Sequence record: MW879344.1
Reading direction: 5' to 3' (one strand)
Length of the DNA: 64,000 nt
The notes under the pieces are model-generated. The model made no database searches. It was not told the origin of the DNA and worked only from the letters and a program-made list of their open reading frames with translations. This document shows, one piece after another, positions 19,942 through 31,600 of this stretch. The translations under genes were made by a program, and so were the position numbers. The first letter of the stretch is position 1, and the number at the start of each line of letters is the position of its first letter.

Positions 19942-20409
19942 TTAGAAATGATATGGCAAACTATTTTCGAATGGTTTGCCATTTTTTATTGATTCCCAAA
20001 GAGAATTAAAGTCCGTTACAATATTAGTATTGTATAAAGTACTTTTAGCTCCTGGATGTAGAGGTTTAGGCCAGTTTCCTATCTTAACCCAAGAATATCC
20101 AGCACTTTCATCATTAAGTTCAGGTATAAACTCATCCTGAATTACTACAATAAATGAATAGTATCTAAATTTCTCGTTCTTAGTACAGAAAACATCAAAT
20201 GGAATTATATCTTCAATAGGAGGAATTGAATCTCCTAATTCTTCATACATTTCTCGATATAAAGCTTCTATAGCGGTTTCATTGTTTTCAATTTTACCAC
20301 CAACGAAGCCCCAATTGTTCGAGTATGTAACAGTCTCTGAACGAAGATTCAACATCATACGTCCAGTACGTTTAGATAAAAATATAGCTCCTACTGCTTC
20401 GTTAGTCAT
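19942..20409 (-). CDS. NUDIX hydrolase
   Basis: Nudix box GGKIENNETAIEALYREMYEELG. Confidence 0.9.
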   Translation of the reverse strand: MTNEAVGAIFLSKRTGRMMLNLRSETVTYSNNWGFVGGKIENNETAIEALYREMYEELGDSIPPIEDIIPFDVFCTKNEKFRYYSFIVVIQDEFIPELNDESAGYSWVKIGNWPKPLHPGAKSTLYNTNIVTDFNSLWESIKNGKPFENSLPYHF

Positions 20410-20417
20410 AAAAATCC

Positions 20418-21755
20418 TTATGCATTCTTAAATGCAATTCTCCAATACCCTTGTCTATACTTATTCATAACAGATTGGTGCCATCCAAATACTGAATTAT
20501 ATCTATAAAAGTGTGTATCCTGTCCATTATAAACATAACTTTGAATAGTACTTGGATCTATAAGTTCTGCACCAGTATTAGTTATCTTAGCAAGATAATT
20601 AGGTGGAATTATTGTTTCTTTGTATTCTATATTTCTTTCGGAAATATTAATAAACTGTTCTTCGGGTAATGCTTTAAGCAAATCAGTTGGTTCAGTAATA
20701 AATCCGTTAATAGCAGTATAAACTGTATACAATGAAGTATCAATTTGTACTACTAATTTATTTGGTGCATCATCGGTTGGACGTTGAATAACATCCCCAC
20801 GAATTGGGTTATCTTCTTCAATACCTTGTTGGAATTTTAGATATAAATCCTTTTCTTCAAAATTTGGATCTAGGTAATCAAGGTATCTATCCCATGAATA
20901 TATTACTCCATTACTTGATAAAGGATTTAAACTGGAACTAACTAGAGTTACCTCATATGTTTCAATTGCATCTGTGCGAGATAATCTATCGACTAAAATA
21001 CACATATTTTTTGGAGTATATACATCCGTTACAACATCAGTAAAATTACCCATATCTATATCTAATTCATCTTTCGCTAAATTTATATTAGTTACAATTT
21101 GTTGAATTAGTTTAGGCTGTTGTACAGTAGCAGGTAGACTTAACCATATTGGACATTTAAAGGTTAACACCATAATATCCAAATCAGTATCAGTTCCTTG
21201 TGGGAATCCTCTAGTACTAAATTGACAATCCATTAATTCAATATCAATCACACCAGTCCAATCTATCGGATTTTCACTTAATTGTAATTGAATAGATGGA
21301 TTGAAAAGAGTTACTATTTGTTCAAATAGTTCCATTTTATTAGTTAATGTAGTAGTCCATATATTAACATTAAATGTTAGTTCCCACGGAGTAGGATTAT
21401 AACGAGTAATTTGATATTGTTGATCTAATTCTTTAATATATTCATTTTCGGCTGGGGATTTATTTGTCCCCATTACCATAGTGTGTGACATTGGTGCTCT
21501 AATACTTGCTCTATCTAGTTTCAAAGATTGAACATTTATAGTTATCAATGGTGCAGATGGAAGTACATTTTCTGAACCTCCATTAATTATATATGCAGCC
21601 ATTCTCGATATATCAGCGTACCTAGCTGGTACAGTTTTATATTTCTGTACCCCGTTGTCATCAACTCCATTTTTTACTTGAAATTCACCAAAAACTCTGA
21701 TAAGATGTTTCAACAGACGGCGGAATTGACCGTCATAGTAGTAATTAATTTTCAT
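20418..21755 (-). CDS. Tail terminator / sheath stabiliser, T4 gp15-like
   Basis: YYYDGQFRRLLKHLIRVFGEFQV...VPARY N-terminus; follows the gp14-like gene. Confidence 0.7.
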   Translation of the reverse strand: MKINYYYDGQFRRLLKHLIRVFGEFQVKNGVDDNGVQKYKTVPARYADISRMAAYIINGGSENVLPSAPLITINVQSLKLDRASIRAPMSHTMVMGTNKSPAENEYIKELDQQYQITRYNPTPWELTFNVNIWTTTLTNKMELFEQIVTLFNPSIQLQLSENPIDWTGVIDIELMDCQFSTRGFPQGTDTDLDIMVLTFKCPIWLSLPATVQQPKLIQQIVTNINLAKDELDIDMGNFTDVVTDVYTPKNMCILVDRLSRTDAIETYEVTLVSSSLNPLSSNGVIYSWDRYLDYLDPNFEEKDLYLKFQQGIEEDNPIRGDVIQRPTDDAPNKLVVQIDTSLYTVYTAINGFITEPTDLLKALPEEQFINISERNIEYKETIIPPNYLAKITNTGAELIDPSTIQSYVYNGQDTHFYRYNSVFGWHQSVMNKYRQGYWRIAFKNA

Positions 21756-21763
21756 GTTTCACC

Positions 21764-23251
21764 TTAATCTTTTTTTCTGTAAACGATGTTTGGTTTAACA
21801 ACGTCTTGAATTGAAACTCTATCTGGACTATTAATAAAGTTTGTTTGCTCAATGTTTGCACCAGTCCAAGGCAATCTTCCACCATAATCAAATTGTTTCC
21901 AAGAACTATTTTCTTCAGAGTACTGCCATAATGTAACTGGTTTGTAATCAGTTCTGTAAAAATATTCACCATCGGTAGGTTCACTTGGGAACATGTCACC
22001 TTCTTCGACAGTACCCCTAGCAGGTGGTATAGAAGGTCTTAGGTCATCATGTGCTGTACGGTTGGCAGCTATGTCCTTTGTTGTGAAAGGCACGTTAGAA
22101 TGCGATTCAGGAGGTATAACCCATGTTACTCCATCGTCCTCAACTTGATAAAGTTGTGGTTTTGTGTAAAAACAATAGAAATCTTCAGCATCTTCAGGTA
22201 CACTATCATTAGAAGTATAAGGAAGCATACATGTTAACCATTTTTTATCAGATGCGTAGTACTGATATAATGTATAACCTGACACTTCAGCAGCATTTTC
22301 CAAGAAGAAGAAAGAAAAATCTTCAGCTTTCTTTGGCAACTTGACACCGTATTGTGTATCAACTATACTCCATATGTTGTCATTTTTTTCATAAAGTACT
22401 GGTAATGTTTGTTTGATAAAGAACATATTTTTTGATGGATTTACTGGAAATTCATATCCACTTATGATATAACGTGCAAGTTCATTAATGTCAGAAATAT
22501 CATCGTAGATATGTTCGTTAACCCAATGGATATATGGAACTTCTGAATCAGCTTGTTGAATAATTCTATTCATAATATCTAATTCCGCACTTCCAGTACT
22601 ATTACCACCACCAGAACCATTGCCGTTACCGTTGTTGGGATCATTTGGATTATCAGGGAATTCATTATTTTCTGGATCAGTAATGTCTGAAAATTCTGGT
22701 GAATCTGTTAGGGGTTTTACTCTAAGTTTAAATATATGATGTTGCCATGTTGCTGAGTAACCTTCAGATGTTCTAAAGGAATCTTGTACTACATAGAATC
22801 TATTCAAACCAACATCACGCCCAGCAACATCGAAGTCTCTAAGGTTTGGTAATTCTAGTACATCACCAGGCATAATTTTTCTTCCCACACGCTGCATCAT
22901 TGTGTTATAATGCACAGTAATATCCATAGTGTCAAAGTTGAAGAATAAACCTGGAATTTTTAAGTCAGGGGTTGCTTCTTGTACTTGATATACGGCTGGT
23001 AATGTGATAGCCTGTACATTATAAGAGCGTTGTGTTACTTCACCGAAAACGTAGTCACTTAGACTTGACAACGTACCATTTCCAGTGCTATAATCTGGTA
23101 ATGTATCATCAGTACTACCAGCGTTGCCTTTTGGCCCTTGGTAAGTATATAACCACATATCGACGCCGCCAATATTATATTGTTCAGCGATTACCCCGTC
23201 GATAAATTTATAGTCGTCGGTACGACCTTTTTTCCACATTTTGTATGACAT
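21764..23251 (-). CDS. Neck/head-closure protein, T4 gp14-like, with C-terminal extension
   Basis: DYKFIDGVIAEQYNIGG...PGDVLELPNL pattern; GGAG SD supports the start at 23251; TAAATA at 23283-23288. Confidence 0.65.
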   Translation of the reverse strand: MSYKMWKKGRTDDYKFIDGVIAEQYNIGGVDMWLYTYQGPKGNAGSTDDTLPDYSTGNGTLSSLSDYVFGEVTQRSYNVQAITLPAVYQVQEATPDLKIPGLFFNFDTMDITVHYNTMMQRVGRKIMPGDVLELPNLRDFDVAGRDVGLNRFYVVQDSFRTSEGYSATWQHHIFKLRVKPLTDSPEFSDITDPENNEFPDNPNDPNNGNGNGSGGGNSTGSAELDIMNRIIQQADSEVPYIHWVNEHIYDDISDINELARYIISGYEFPVNPSKNMFFIKQTLPVLYEKNDNIWSIVDTQYGVKLPKKAEDFSFFFLENAAEVSGYTLYQYYASDKKWLTCMLPYTSNDSVPEDAEDFYCFYTKPQLYQVEDDGVTWVIPPESHSNVPFTTKDIAANRTAHDDLRPSIPPARGTVEEGDMFPSEPTDGEYFYRTDYKPVTLWQYSEENSSWKQFDYGGRLPWTGANIEQTNFINSPDRVSIQDVVKPNIVYRKKD

Positions 23252-23292
23252 GTTTTCAATCTCCAAAAAGAAATTCATATAGTATTTATTTT

Positions 23293-23321
23293 TGGAACAA
23301 CAGAAAAAAATCTGCTATAAT
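23293..23321 (+). promoter_or_regulatory. TG(G/A)AAC-N17-TATAAT promoter with extended -10
   Basis: TGGAAC 23293-23298, 17-nt spacer, TGc-TATAAT 23316-23321. Confidence 0.7.
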
Positions 23322-23356
23322 ATATAAGTGCAGACAAATTAACGAAGGAGAGCACA

Positions 23357-25651
23357 ATGAGCTATAGTTTCGAAGACTTTTACCAAGAAGGCGAATCACT
23401 TGCACGTTCTATGGGTCATAGCATAATGACTGTAGATCATTTGAGTGTGATTGCACTTGGCATTCCTAGCATTTCTGAATTCTTATCGGAACTTGATCTA
23501 GATGCTGACAAAATCAAAAATCGCATCACAGATTATCTAAAGAATATGGAATTCCCTGTTCTGCCTTTCTCTGTTGAGGAACAACTCAATGATGAGATGA
23601 CTCCAGTTTCATCTATGATTTCAAAAATCATGGTAGAACTAGAGAAGAAAGCAGTTATTGAACAACTAAAAGAAAATGATTATACAATTCAAGCGTACTT
23701 TATTATGTTTGAATGTTTGTCATTCCCAAATACGGCACTTGATGTTGCACTCAGCGAGGCTTCTTATAGCCGCACTGCTGTTGCACGTGAATTGCAAAAT
23801 TATATCAATCGCAAAAACTTTGAAGTTGATCTACGTAGTAGTACTTCAGATGAAGAATCCGAGCAAGAAGAAAAACAAAGTTCACGCCGTGAACCAAACC
23901 GCCCTTCTCGTGAATCTAAACGTGGTATCGAAAACTTTACAACGAACTTAACAGCGTTAGCATCTAAAGGTAAACTTGATCCACTAATCGGTCGTAATGT
24001 TGAACTAGAAGATCTAGTTCAGATTCTTTCCCGTAAAACGAAAAAGAATGCGGCATTAGTTGGTGATCCAGGGGTTGGTAAAACTCAAATCATTGACGGA
24101 CTAGCACAACGTATTGTTGATGGTAATGTTCCTGATTCAATGAAAAACGTTGAAATTCTTTCATTGAACATGGGTGCATTTACTGCTGGTACTAAGTATC
24201 GCGGTGAGTTTGAAGAACGTGTTGAGAATCTACTTTCTGAATTGAAAGGTCGTGATGATGTAATTCTATTCATCGATGAGATTCATACCATCATGGGTGC
24301 AGGTGCTTCTAGTGCTGGTGCGTTAGATATGAGCAATATGTTAAAACCTGCTCTATCTCGTGGAGAGATTCGCGTAATTGGTGCAACAACATATGACGAA
24401 TATCGCAAGCATATTGAAAAAGATGCTGCGTTGTCTCGCCGCTTTATGAAAATTGACATTTTAGAACCTTCATTGGCTGAAACCCGTCTAATTGTAGATG
24501 GTCTTAAAGCAACATATGAAAAGTTCCACTCTGCTCAATATTCAGCAGAAGCAATTAGTGCAGTACTAGAACTTTCTGAGAAGTTTTTACAAAATAAACG
24601 CTTCCCTGATAAAGCAATCGACCTTCTAGATGCAGCAGGTGCACGTAACCGTACTAAAGCTGAACCAGCTAAAGTAATTCAGCGTTCAGATATTGAAAGT
24701 GAAGTCGCTCGTATTGCAAATCTACCACTTGAAGTAGTATCATGTGCCGAAAGTGAACGTATGCTAACCTTAGCAGATAATCTCTCTAAGCGTGTGTTCG
24801 GTCAAGAAGATGCAGTAAACAAATTGGTCGAAAACGTAATGGTTGCACGTGCGGGTCTACGTGGTAAATCAACTATTCAAGGTGCATTTATGTTTGTCGG
24901 TCCATCTGGTACTGGTAAAACAGAAATCAGTAAAGCACTTGCAGATTCAATGGGTGTAGAACTAATTCGTTTTGATATGTCAGAATATGCTCAAGAGCAT
25001 AACGTATCGAAATTGATCGGTTCACCTCCAGGTTATGTAGGTCACGATGCAGGTAATGGTGCACTACTTGATAAAGTAGAATCTAATCCGAACTGTGTAT
25101 TGCTACTTGATGAAATTGAGAAAGCAAATAAGAAAGTACTTCTTACTTTCCTACAAGTAATGGATGAAGGTCGCCTAACTGGTTCACATGGTAAAACTGT
25201 TTACTTTAATAACGTAACTATTATCATGACAACAAACTTAGGTGCACGTGACGCTTCAGTACTTGCAGTTGGTATGGATTCTTCAGGTGATGATGGTATG
25301 GATGCTGCCATTAAACAACACCTAGCACCAGAATTCCTAAACCGTATTGACGCAGTTGTGAAGTTCAATGAACTAGGCCATGATGTAATTCTAAATGTGG
25401 TTGATAAGTTCATCGGTGAGCTAAACGCAGATATTGAATCTCGTGGTGTTGTTGTAGAACTTTCCGATGCTGCTAAAGAAGTACTTGCAAAACGCGGTGT
25501 AACACCAGGAATGGGTGCTCGTCCAATGAAACGTATCATCAATGATACAATTCGTGTACCGTTAGCTAAAGAGATGTTAATTGGTTCTCTTTCTAAAGGT
25601 GGAACTGCATTCTTCGATGTTGAAAATGATAACATCGTTTTACAAAAATAA
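23357..25651 (+). CDS. clpA: ClpA-like Hsp100 AAA+ unfoldase
   Basis: Two AAA modules ([14 protein letters not shown] and [15 protein letters not shown]), GTKYRG and GYVG pore loops, no ClpB M-domain. Confidence 0.9.
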   Translation: MSYSFEDFYQEGESLARSMGHSIMTVDHLSVIALGIPSISEFLSELDLDADKIKNRITDYLKNMEFPVLPFSVEEQLNDEMTPVSSMISKIMVELEKKAVIEQLKENDYTIQAYFIMFECLSFPNTALDVALSEASYSRTAVARELQNYINRKNFEVDLRSSTSDEESEQEEKQSSRREPNRPSRESKRGIENFTTNLTALASKGKLDPLIGRNVELEDLVQILSRKTKKNAALVGDPGVGKTQIIDGLAQRIVDGNVPDSMKNVEILSLNMGAFTAGTKYRGEFEERVENLLSELKGRDDVILFIDEIHTIMGAGASSAGALDMSNMLKPALSRGEIRVIGATTYDEYRKHIEKDAALSRRFMKIDILEPSLAETRLIVDGLKATYEKFHSAQYSAEAISAVLELSEKFLQNKRFPDKAIDLLDAAGARNRTKAEPAKVIQRSDIESEVARIANLPLEVVSCAESERMLTLADNLSKRVFGQEDAVNKLVENVMVARAGLRGKSTIQGAFMFVGPSGTGKTEISKALADSMGVELIRFDMSEYAQEHNVSKLIGSPPGYVGHDAGNGALLDKVESNPNCVLLLDEIEKANKKVLLTFLQVMDEGRLTGSHGKTVYFNNVTIIMTTNLGARDASVLAVGMDSSGDDGMDAAIKQHLAPEFLNRIDAVVKFNELGHDVILNVVDKFIGELNADIESRGVVVELSDAAKEVLAKRGVTPGMGARPMKRIINDTIRVPLAKEMLIGSLSKGGTAFFDVENDNIVLQK

Positions 25652-25658
25652 TAAAAAG

Positions 25659-25686
25659 AAAAGGGAGCCATTTGGCTCCCTTTTTT
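25659..25686. terminator. Bidirectional terminator
   Basis: AAAAGGGAGCC-attt-GGCTCCCTTTTTT between convergent genes. Confidence 0.85.
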
Positions 25687-25687
25687 A

Positions 25688-28600
25688 TTATAGTAATTGT
25701 CCAATTACAGTACCAGATACTGAATATCCTGTACTATAGGTGGTTAATGGAATCTGTGGATAATTATGTCCGTAAACGTCCATATCATCTTCTAGACCTA
25801 ACACAATACCTAAATCTGTATATGTTGTACCTTTTACAAAGTTGTTTTCTACAGTTCCGTGCTGTGAACGTGCCATGTGATTTGTGTTTCTCAACTCAAT
25901 CAACTCATCGTAAACTGAAATTATATAGTTATTAGCTGTTGGTGTTACATTGAGTACTCCATCTAGGATGGTTGTATTTGATACACCCAAAGGTTTCGCT
26001 ATAAATTCACGTTTTTCAATACTGTCAACGTATGCAACTACAAGAGATGCATTCTTATCACTAACATAAACATTATCAACTAATGTCCCACTATAAGACC
26101 ATGTACTACCAGTCTTAACTGGTTTAATATCGGAAACTTTATATTCGTAGACGAATATTTGTAAACTGTCATCCATTTTAGTACGAACCAATTCACTCAA
26201 TACACCTTTTCCATATATTGGAAGATAATAACCGTGGTCAATATCAATTCCATCAACTTCAACAATTTCATTTGACAAGTACCAGTTATCGTAATCATCA
26301 GTTGTATAATTGTCAGCATACTTATTACCAATTAACATTCTGTCATAGAATGAATCATAATCTAGAATACTAATTCGGTAGGTTCTTTCTGTACTATATA
26401 AATTAACTCCACCAGATACAAATTCATCATCAGCAAATGATGTTATACGAACCACATTAATTGATGTTGATTTACTAGAATCCATCAACGTATCAGATTG
26501 GCTATCATATGTGCTGCTAAAGTTTAAACCACCGATACGTATAGTATCACCATTAACAGCAGAGACAGTAAAGATACGAGGGCGAGTTCCGTTCTTAATG
26601 TTGTTTACCGGTAGAATTGTCTTCCACGTGTTGTCTGTCATTAGAACATCATAATCATCAGCTTCTGGTGTAAACACCATAACTTTCTCACCAACTTTGA
26701 AATCATTCTTTTGTACTAAACGAATAGTACCAGATGCATTTATAACATCCTTTATTTGATATGAATATCTGATTTCATTTTTAGAAATTAAGTTTCTGTT
26801 CATATACTCAATGGCTTGGTTATACCTTGGAATACTTACAATAGCTTCTTTTCTATTATATGGGTTTTGTAATACATAACCTTCAATTTGGAAGTTACCT
26901 TGTGAACGTAGTTGTGTGTTACCAGAGGTATCATAACTATATCCATTAACAGTAAATCTCATTTGTGCTGCATCAAGACCAATTGGATTAATGTCAGATA
27001 CATCGACAAACACAGGATCTTTAGTTGAATCAACCACACCAGATGCAGAATATAAAACATCTTTAGTCTGAGATTCTAATCCAAAGTTATCAAAAGCATT
27101 CATATCATCAAAGTACTGAACATTATTCACACCAGCAATAACTTCTTGTATATTGCTATACAATGGGTTATTAATATCTAGTGGAAGATCATCTAAGCTT
27201 GGTTCTTCTAATGAAACTACATCACCAGTGATGAATGCATTTTCCATAAAATCTTTCAAACTTATATCACTTGGAACCGATAAGAATTGTCTAGTATTAA
27301 CATTTAGTACTGATGCCAATTTACGTGGAATCATTACCATGCAATACATATCAATTGTTGGCATTGCCAAAATTTGTTTTGCAATTTCATATTGGTCTAC
27401 CGAATCTGGATTATATGTGTTTCTCATTGCTGATAGTACATATAAAGTATCTAGATAGGTCTTTCCAGTATGGTTTCCATCTTCATCAACCAAGTCCATA
27501 TCATATTTCCAAGGGTATAGACCATATTCATATACTAGATAATCATTAATTTGAGCTTCACTGAATGAAGGATTTGCATCTTTAACTATAGAAACAAATT
27601 TTTCATATAAATCACGACCATACATAATATAACCATAATTTTCAACATTACTTGCAGAGAATCCAAATGGTAATCTAGTATTTGGGTTATCAGTTAGAAT
27701 TCTACCTTTAAATGGACAATTCATTTCTTGTGCAATTGAATTATCACTTAATGATGTATATAATCTTCTTCTGTTAGCCAAAGTATTATACTGATTATAT
27801 TGGTTAGCAACTGATACGGATGAATCTGAATCATATGCTGATTGTGTTACTTGTTCAAGTCTAGTTTCAAACAGTTCAGTGGCATTAATGTCATTAACAA
27901 ATTCTTGTAGCTTTTTATTAATTTCATCTTGTATTTTACCACTTACGTTCATATCTGGATAATATACACTCATTCTAGCTAGTACCACCTCATTGATGGA
28001 TACATAGTCAATTTGTGGATATGAATATGAATAACGTTGTAACTTATAATGGTTTCCAACTGGTAAAACATCATTAACATTTGTCATGAACGAATTATTA
28101 ACTTGTTCTAAGGTTAATCTATCATCTAAATCAGAATCTGGAGTACATTGGAAGTTATCATATACCAAAGTTTCATAAGATTCTTGGAATCTTCTGTTTG
28201 GATATACAAAATTACTTGGCAATGAACCGTGAATTTCCCATTTATTTGTTACTGGATTAAATTGAGCGTACTCAACATCCCAAATATCATCTTGTGTTTT
28301 AACCCATGCACCATTAACGAACACATAACCATTTGGATCTAAATCATTCATCAATCCATTCATTTCATCAGTATTTGAAGTTTTCTGTTCAATCTGTGAA
28401 CGTATTTTAGTACGATATGGCTTAACTTCTTCAAAATAATCAACAATTTGATTTATTAAATTATCATTTCCATAATTCTGTTGTAAAGATTGCTCTAAAC
28501 CAACAACAAAAATGTAAGAAGTCTTGAATACCCAATCTACTACTGTTTGTTCAGTATGAACATACTTAACCATATCAAATACCAATCTACTTTGATATGA

Positions 28601-31600
28601 ATAGAATGAATTTTTCAATAATGCTAATGCTTTACGAACGTTTATTTCAACATTTGTTAAAGATCCGTCTGCATTATATTGTTCATAACCATTATATAGT
28701 TGATTGTTCAATGCTACAGTACTGTTTTGACGAGCAACGGCTTGCCAAATCACCACATTACGTGATAGTGTCTTAGTATATAATGTCCAAACACCTTCTG
28801 CATCAGTAATTCGAATCACATCACCTTCTTGATAATTCTTTTGATTTGCCGATTCAAGACTAACTTCATCAGTATAAGTAGTGTTTTCACTATATCCAAT
28901 ATCATACCAGTCAGCAAGTGACCAATATTGAGTCATGTCAAGAGAAGTACCTAATGATTCGATATAATCTGATTGTTTGATCATTTTATGTTGACCTTCA
29001 CCACGATTTTCTAATGTAATGTATACTGCTGTTCCTCCAGTACTTGGAGAATTCATTAAGCGAATATAATTATTTTCATCGAAGTGAACAAAATATACTG
29101 AAGTAGAATTTAATGGAGAAGGTAGTGTTCCGTTAGTACTAACTAAAACTGCATCATTTTCTACAAACACATCAACACTAGGGTTGATTACCAATTCATT
29201 ATTATAGTTTAGTACTTTAAAACTAATTAGATTTGGATTTTGTTCTTCAGTTTTTACATTAAAAACATCATTCATCACTACAGTATTTGTAGTCACGTTT
29301 ACAGTCTTGTAAATTGCGTTCGCAGAGTCAACAAAGGTTCTACGTGCTTCAATTGGATCTCTGAACCAAGTTTCTCCTGGTAATATACCATTATCATTTG
29401 TTGGATAATGTAATTCTTTAATTTTACCGTTAGGTAAAACTTCTTGTGATTCTAAAGAATTCCATAACGAATCCCAAATGATAGGATTGAAATTGTAATC
29501 CATACCTTCTTTACATAATTGATACTGCTCGTGTTTAACCACTTCAGTAGCATTATTTTGATATGTAATAGAAAGAATACTCTTATCATCAGTAATTTCT
29601 TGTTGAAGTCCACTAACAATAAATGAATTTTGACTAATTGGTGCAAACCAAGGAGCATTCAATAATGATGGATCTTGAATTGTGCGAGACAATTCATTAC
29701 AAGGTTTGTTTCTATTTTTTACTTTAGGAACATAGATTGTATTCTTAACCCAAAAATAATATACAGTTTGATATGAATCAGTACTTTCGTCATATTCTTG
29801 GAATTCTGAATAGAAATCATCAATTGCTTGACCACTTGGAACCCATGCAGTATTATCTTTATTCAATTTAGCTTGACGTACACAATACTTATCCCATTCA
29901 TATGGAAGTACTGGAGAAGCTACCCATTCTAAAATATTAATTTCAGAATTTGGTAATAATTTACCCCAATTGTAACGTTTGTATTCATTTGTTGCTACTT
30001 CATCAACATTACCATCTGCATCATACAATGGACGTGTATAATCCATAAAGAATGCATTAGTTGTGTTCCACCATACTAAACCAACTTTTTCTGAACCCCA
30101 TGCTTGCATTTTTTCATCATCGCTGTTATACTTCGCTGGGTCAATAGTACTAATATAAGTAATATCAGACATGATAGAACCAGGAATAACACCATTGATT
30201 GGGTCAAATGTATTCATATACAATTCAGTTACATTATTTGTACTGTTGTAAGTTGTTGGTCTAACAAAAAGTGTACTCTCTGGAGCCGCATAAGAATATT
30301 TCTTATTAATATAAGAATCTTTAGCTGCATTAGTACTGAAACGATTTACATAACGGTATAATACTGGATTTCCTTCAGTGAAAGAAATTGTATTAGTAAC
30401 ATCAAGTGGAATAACAAAGCTCTTAGGATCTGAACCAGTTGTAAAGTACTGTGTCTCTGCTTTTAGTAAATCAGGCATATACTCTGATTCATCAACAAAG
30501 AAGAAGTAATCCCCATCATCCATGCCATGTGCTGAACTAAGTTCTAATGTACAATGGTTTCCTGGATAATTATCTTCATCACCAATTGGGGTGATTGAAT
30601 TTAAAGTAATACCAGTGTTTACAAGTTCAAAAATATTCCAATTATTGTCCATATCACGGAATACCCAAACAGATGTTGGTGTATCACCAGTGTTATTGAT
30701 ATAATTCAAACGATCAACATATGCAGTTGTGAAATCACGAGTACTGTAAGATACTTCGTCTAATGTTACTGGACCAATATCCGGTAAATTAATTCTTTCA
30801 CTTTTTCCATTACGCATTGGGAATGAAAATTGACCATTTGGTCTAGTAACCCAACGTGAATCAACACCTTGTGTACCATAAAAAATTATATTATTATTAT
30901 CAGTATCTGAAGTTGCATTTTCATCAAATGTAAACATTTGAGGCTCTTGTGCAAATTCATTATTGATTAATTGGAACTGTAAGTGTTTTTTACCATAAAT
31001 GTTACCGTACTCACCAATTTTAAATGCCCATTCTTGTAATGCTTTATAATTATCAGTATTATAAGATTTAGATACACGAAGAACTCTTTCAAATACTTGA
31101 TTAGTACCTTTATCACGAATGAAACCTTTATAAAAATCTACTTGTGATGTATCACTAGTAATCATTTGAGAAATATAATCACGAGTTTGGAATCCAATTA
31201 CATGACGAGCTAAGTTGCGTAATGTAACATTATCAACAGGATTGTCATTATCGTAATAATGTTGGAAATCAGTTACTAATTTTTCAAAATCTGGTAGTGT
31301 TCCTGCTTCTAGAATAATAAATCCTGGTGCCTCTAAGCGACCATTCCAAGAACCAGTAACATATCCGTACATTTTAATCATTTCATGTACTGAACCATAC
31401 TTAGGAATATATAAATCATTTCCAAAAATTGTTCTATCATCAAAAATTACAGCGTGCTCATATGCAACTACACTAACACGAATTAATGCCATACGCTTAT
31501 CAGAATCATCAACTAGACGAACACTGAACACGTTACCGATACGTGACGTATCAATTTCGTATGGACGAATACCATCGTTAGTATCATCAAGTAGTGACCA

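Noticed and set aside
25672-25935. 87-aa + ORF after clpA, and similar short antisense ORFs across the track
   Set aside because: It starts inside a terminator and lies antisense to a long conserved gene, with no RBS.
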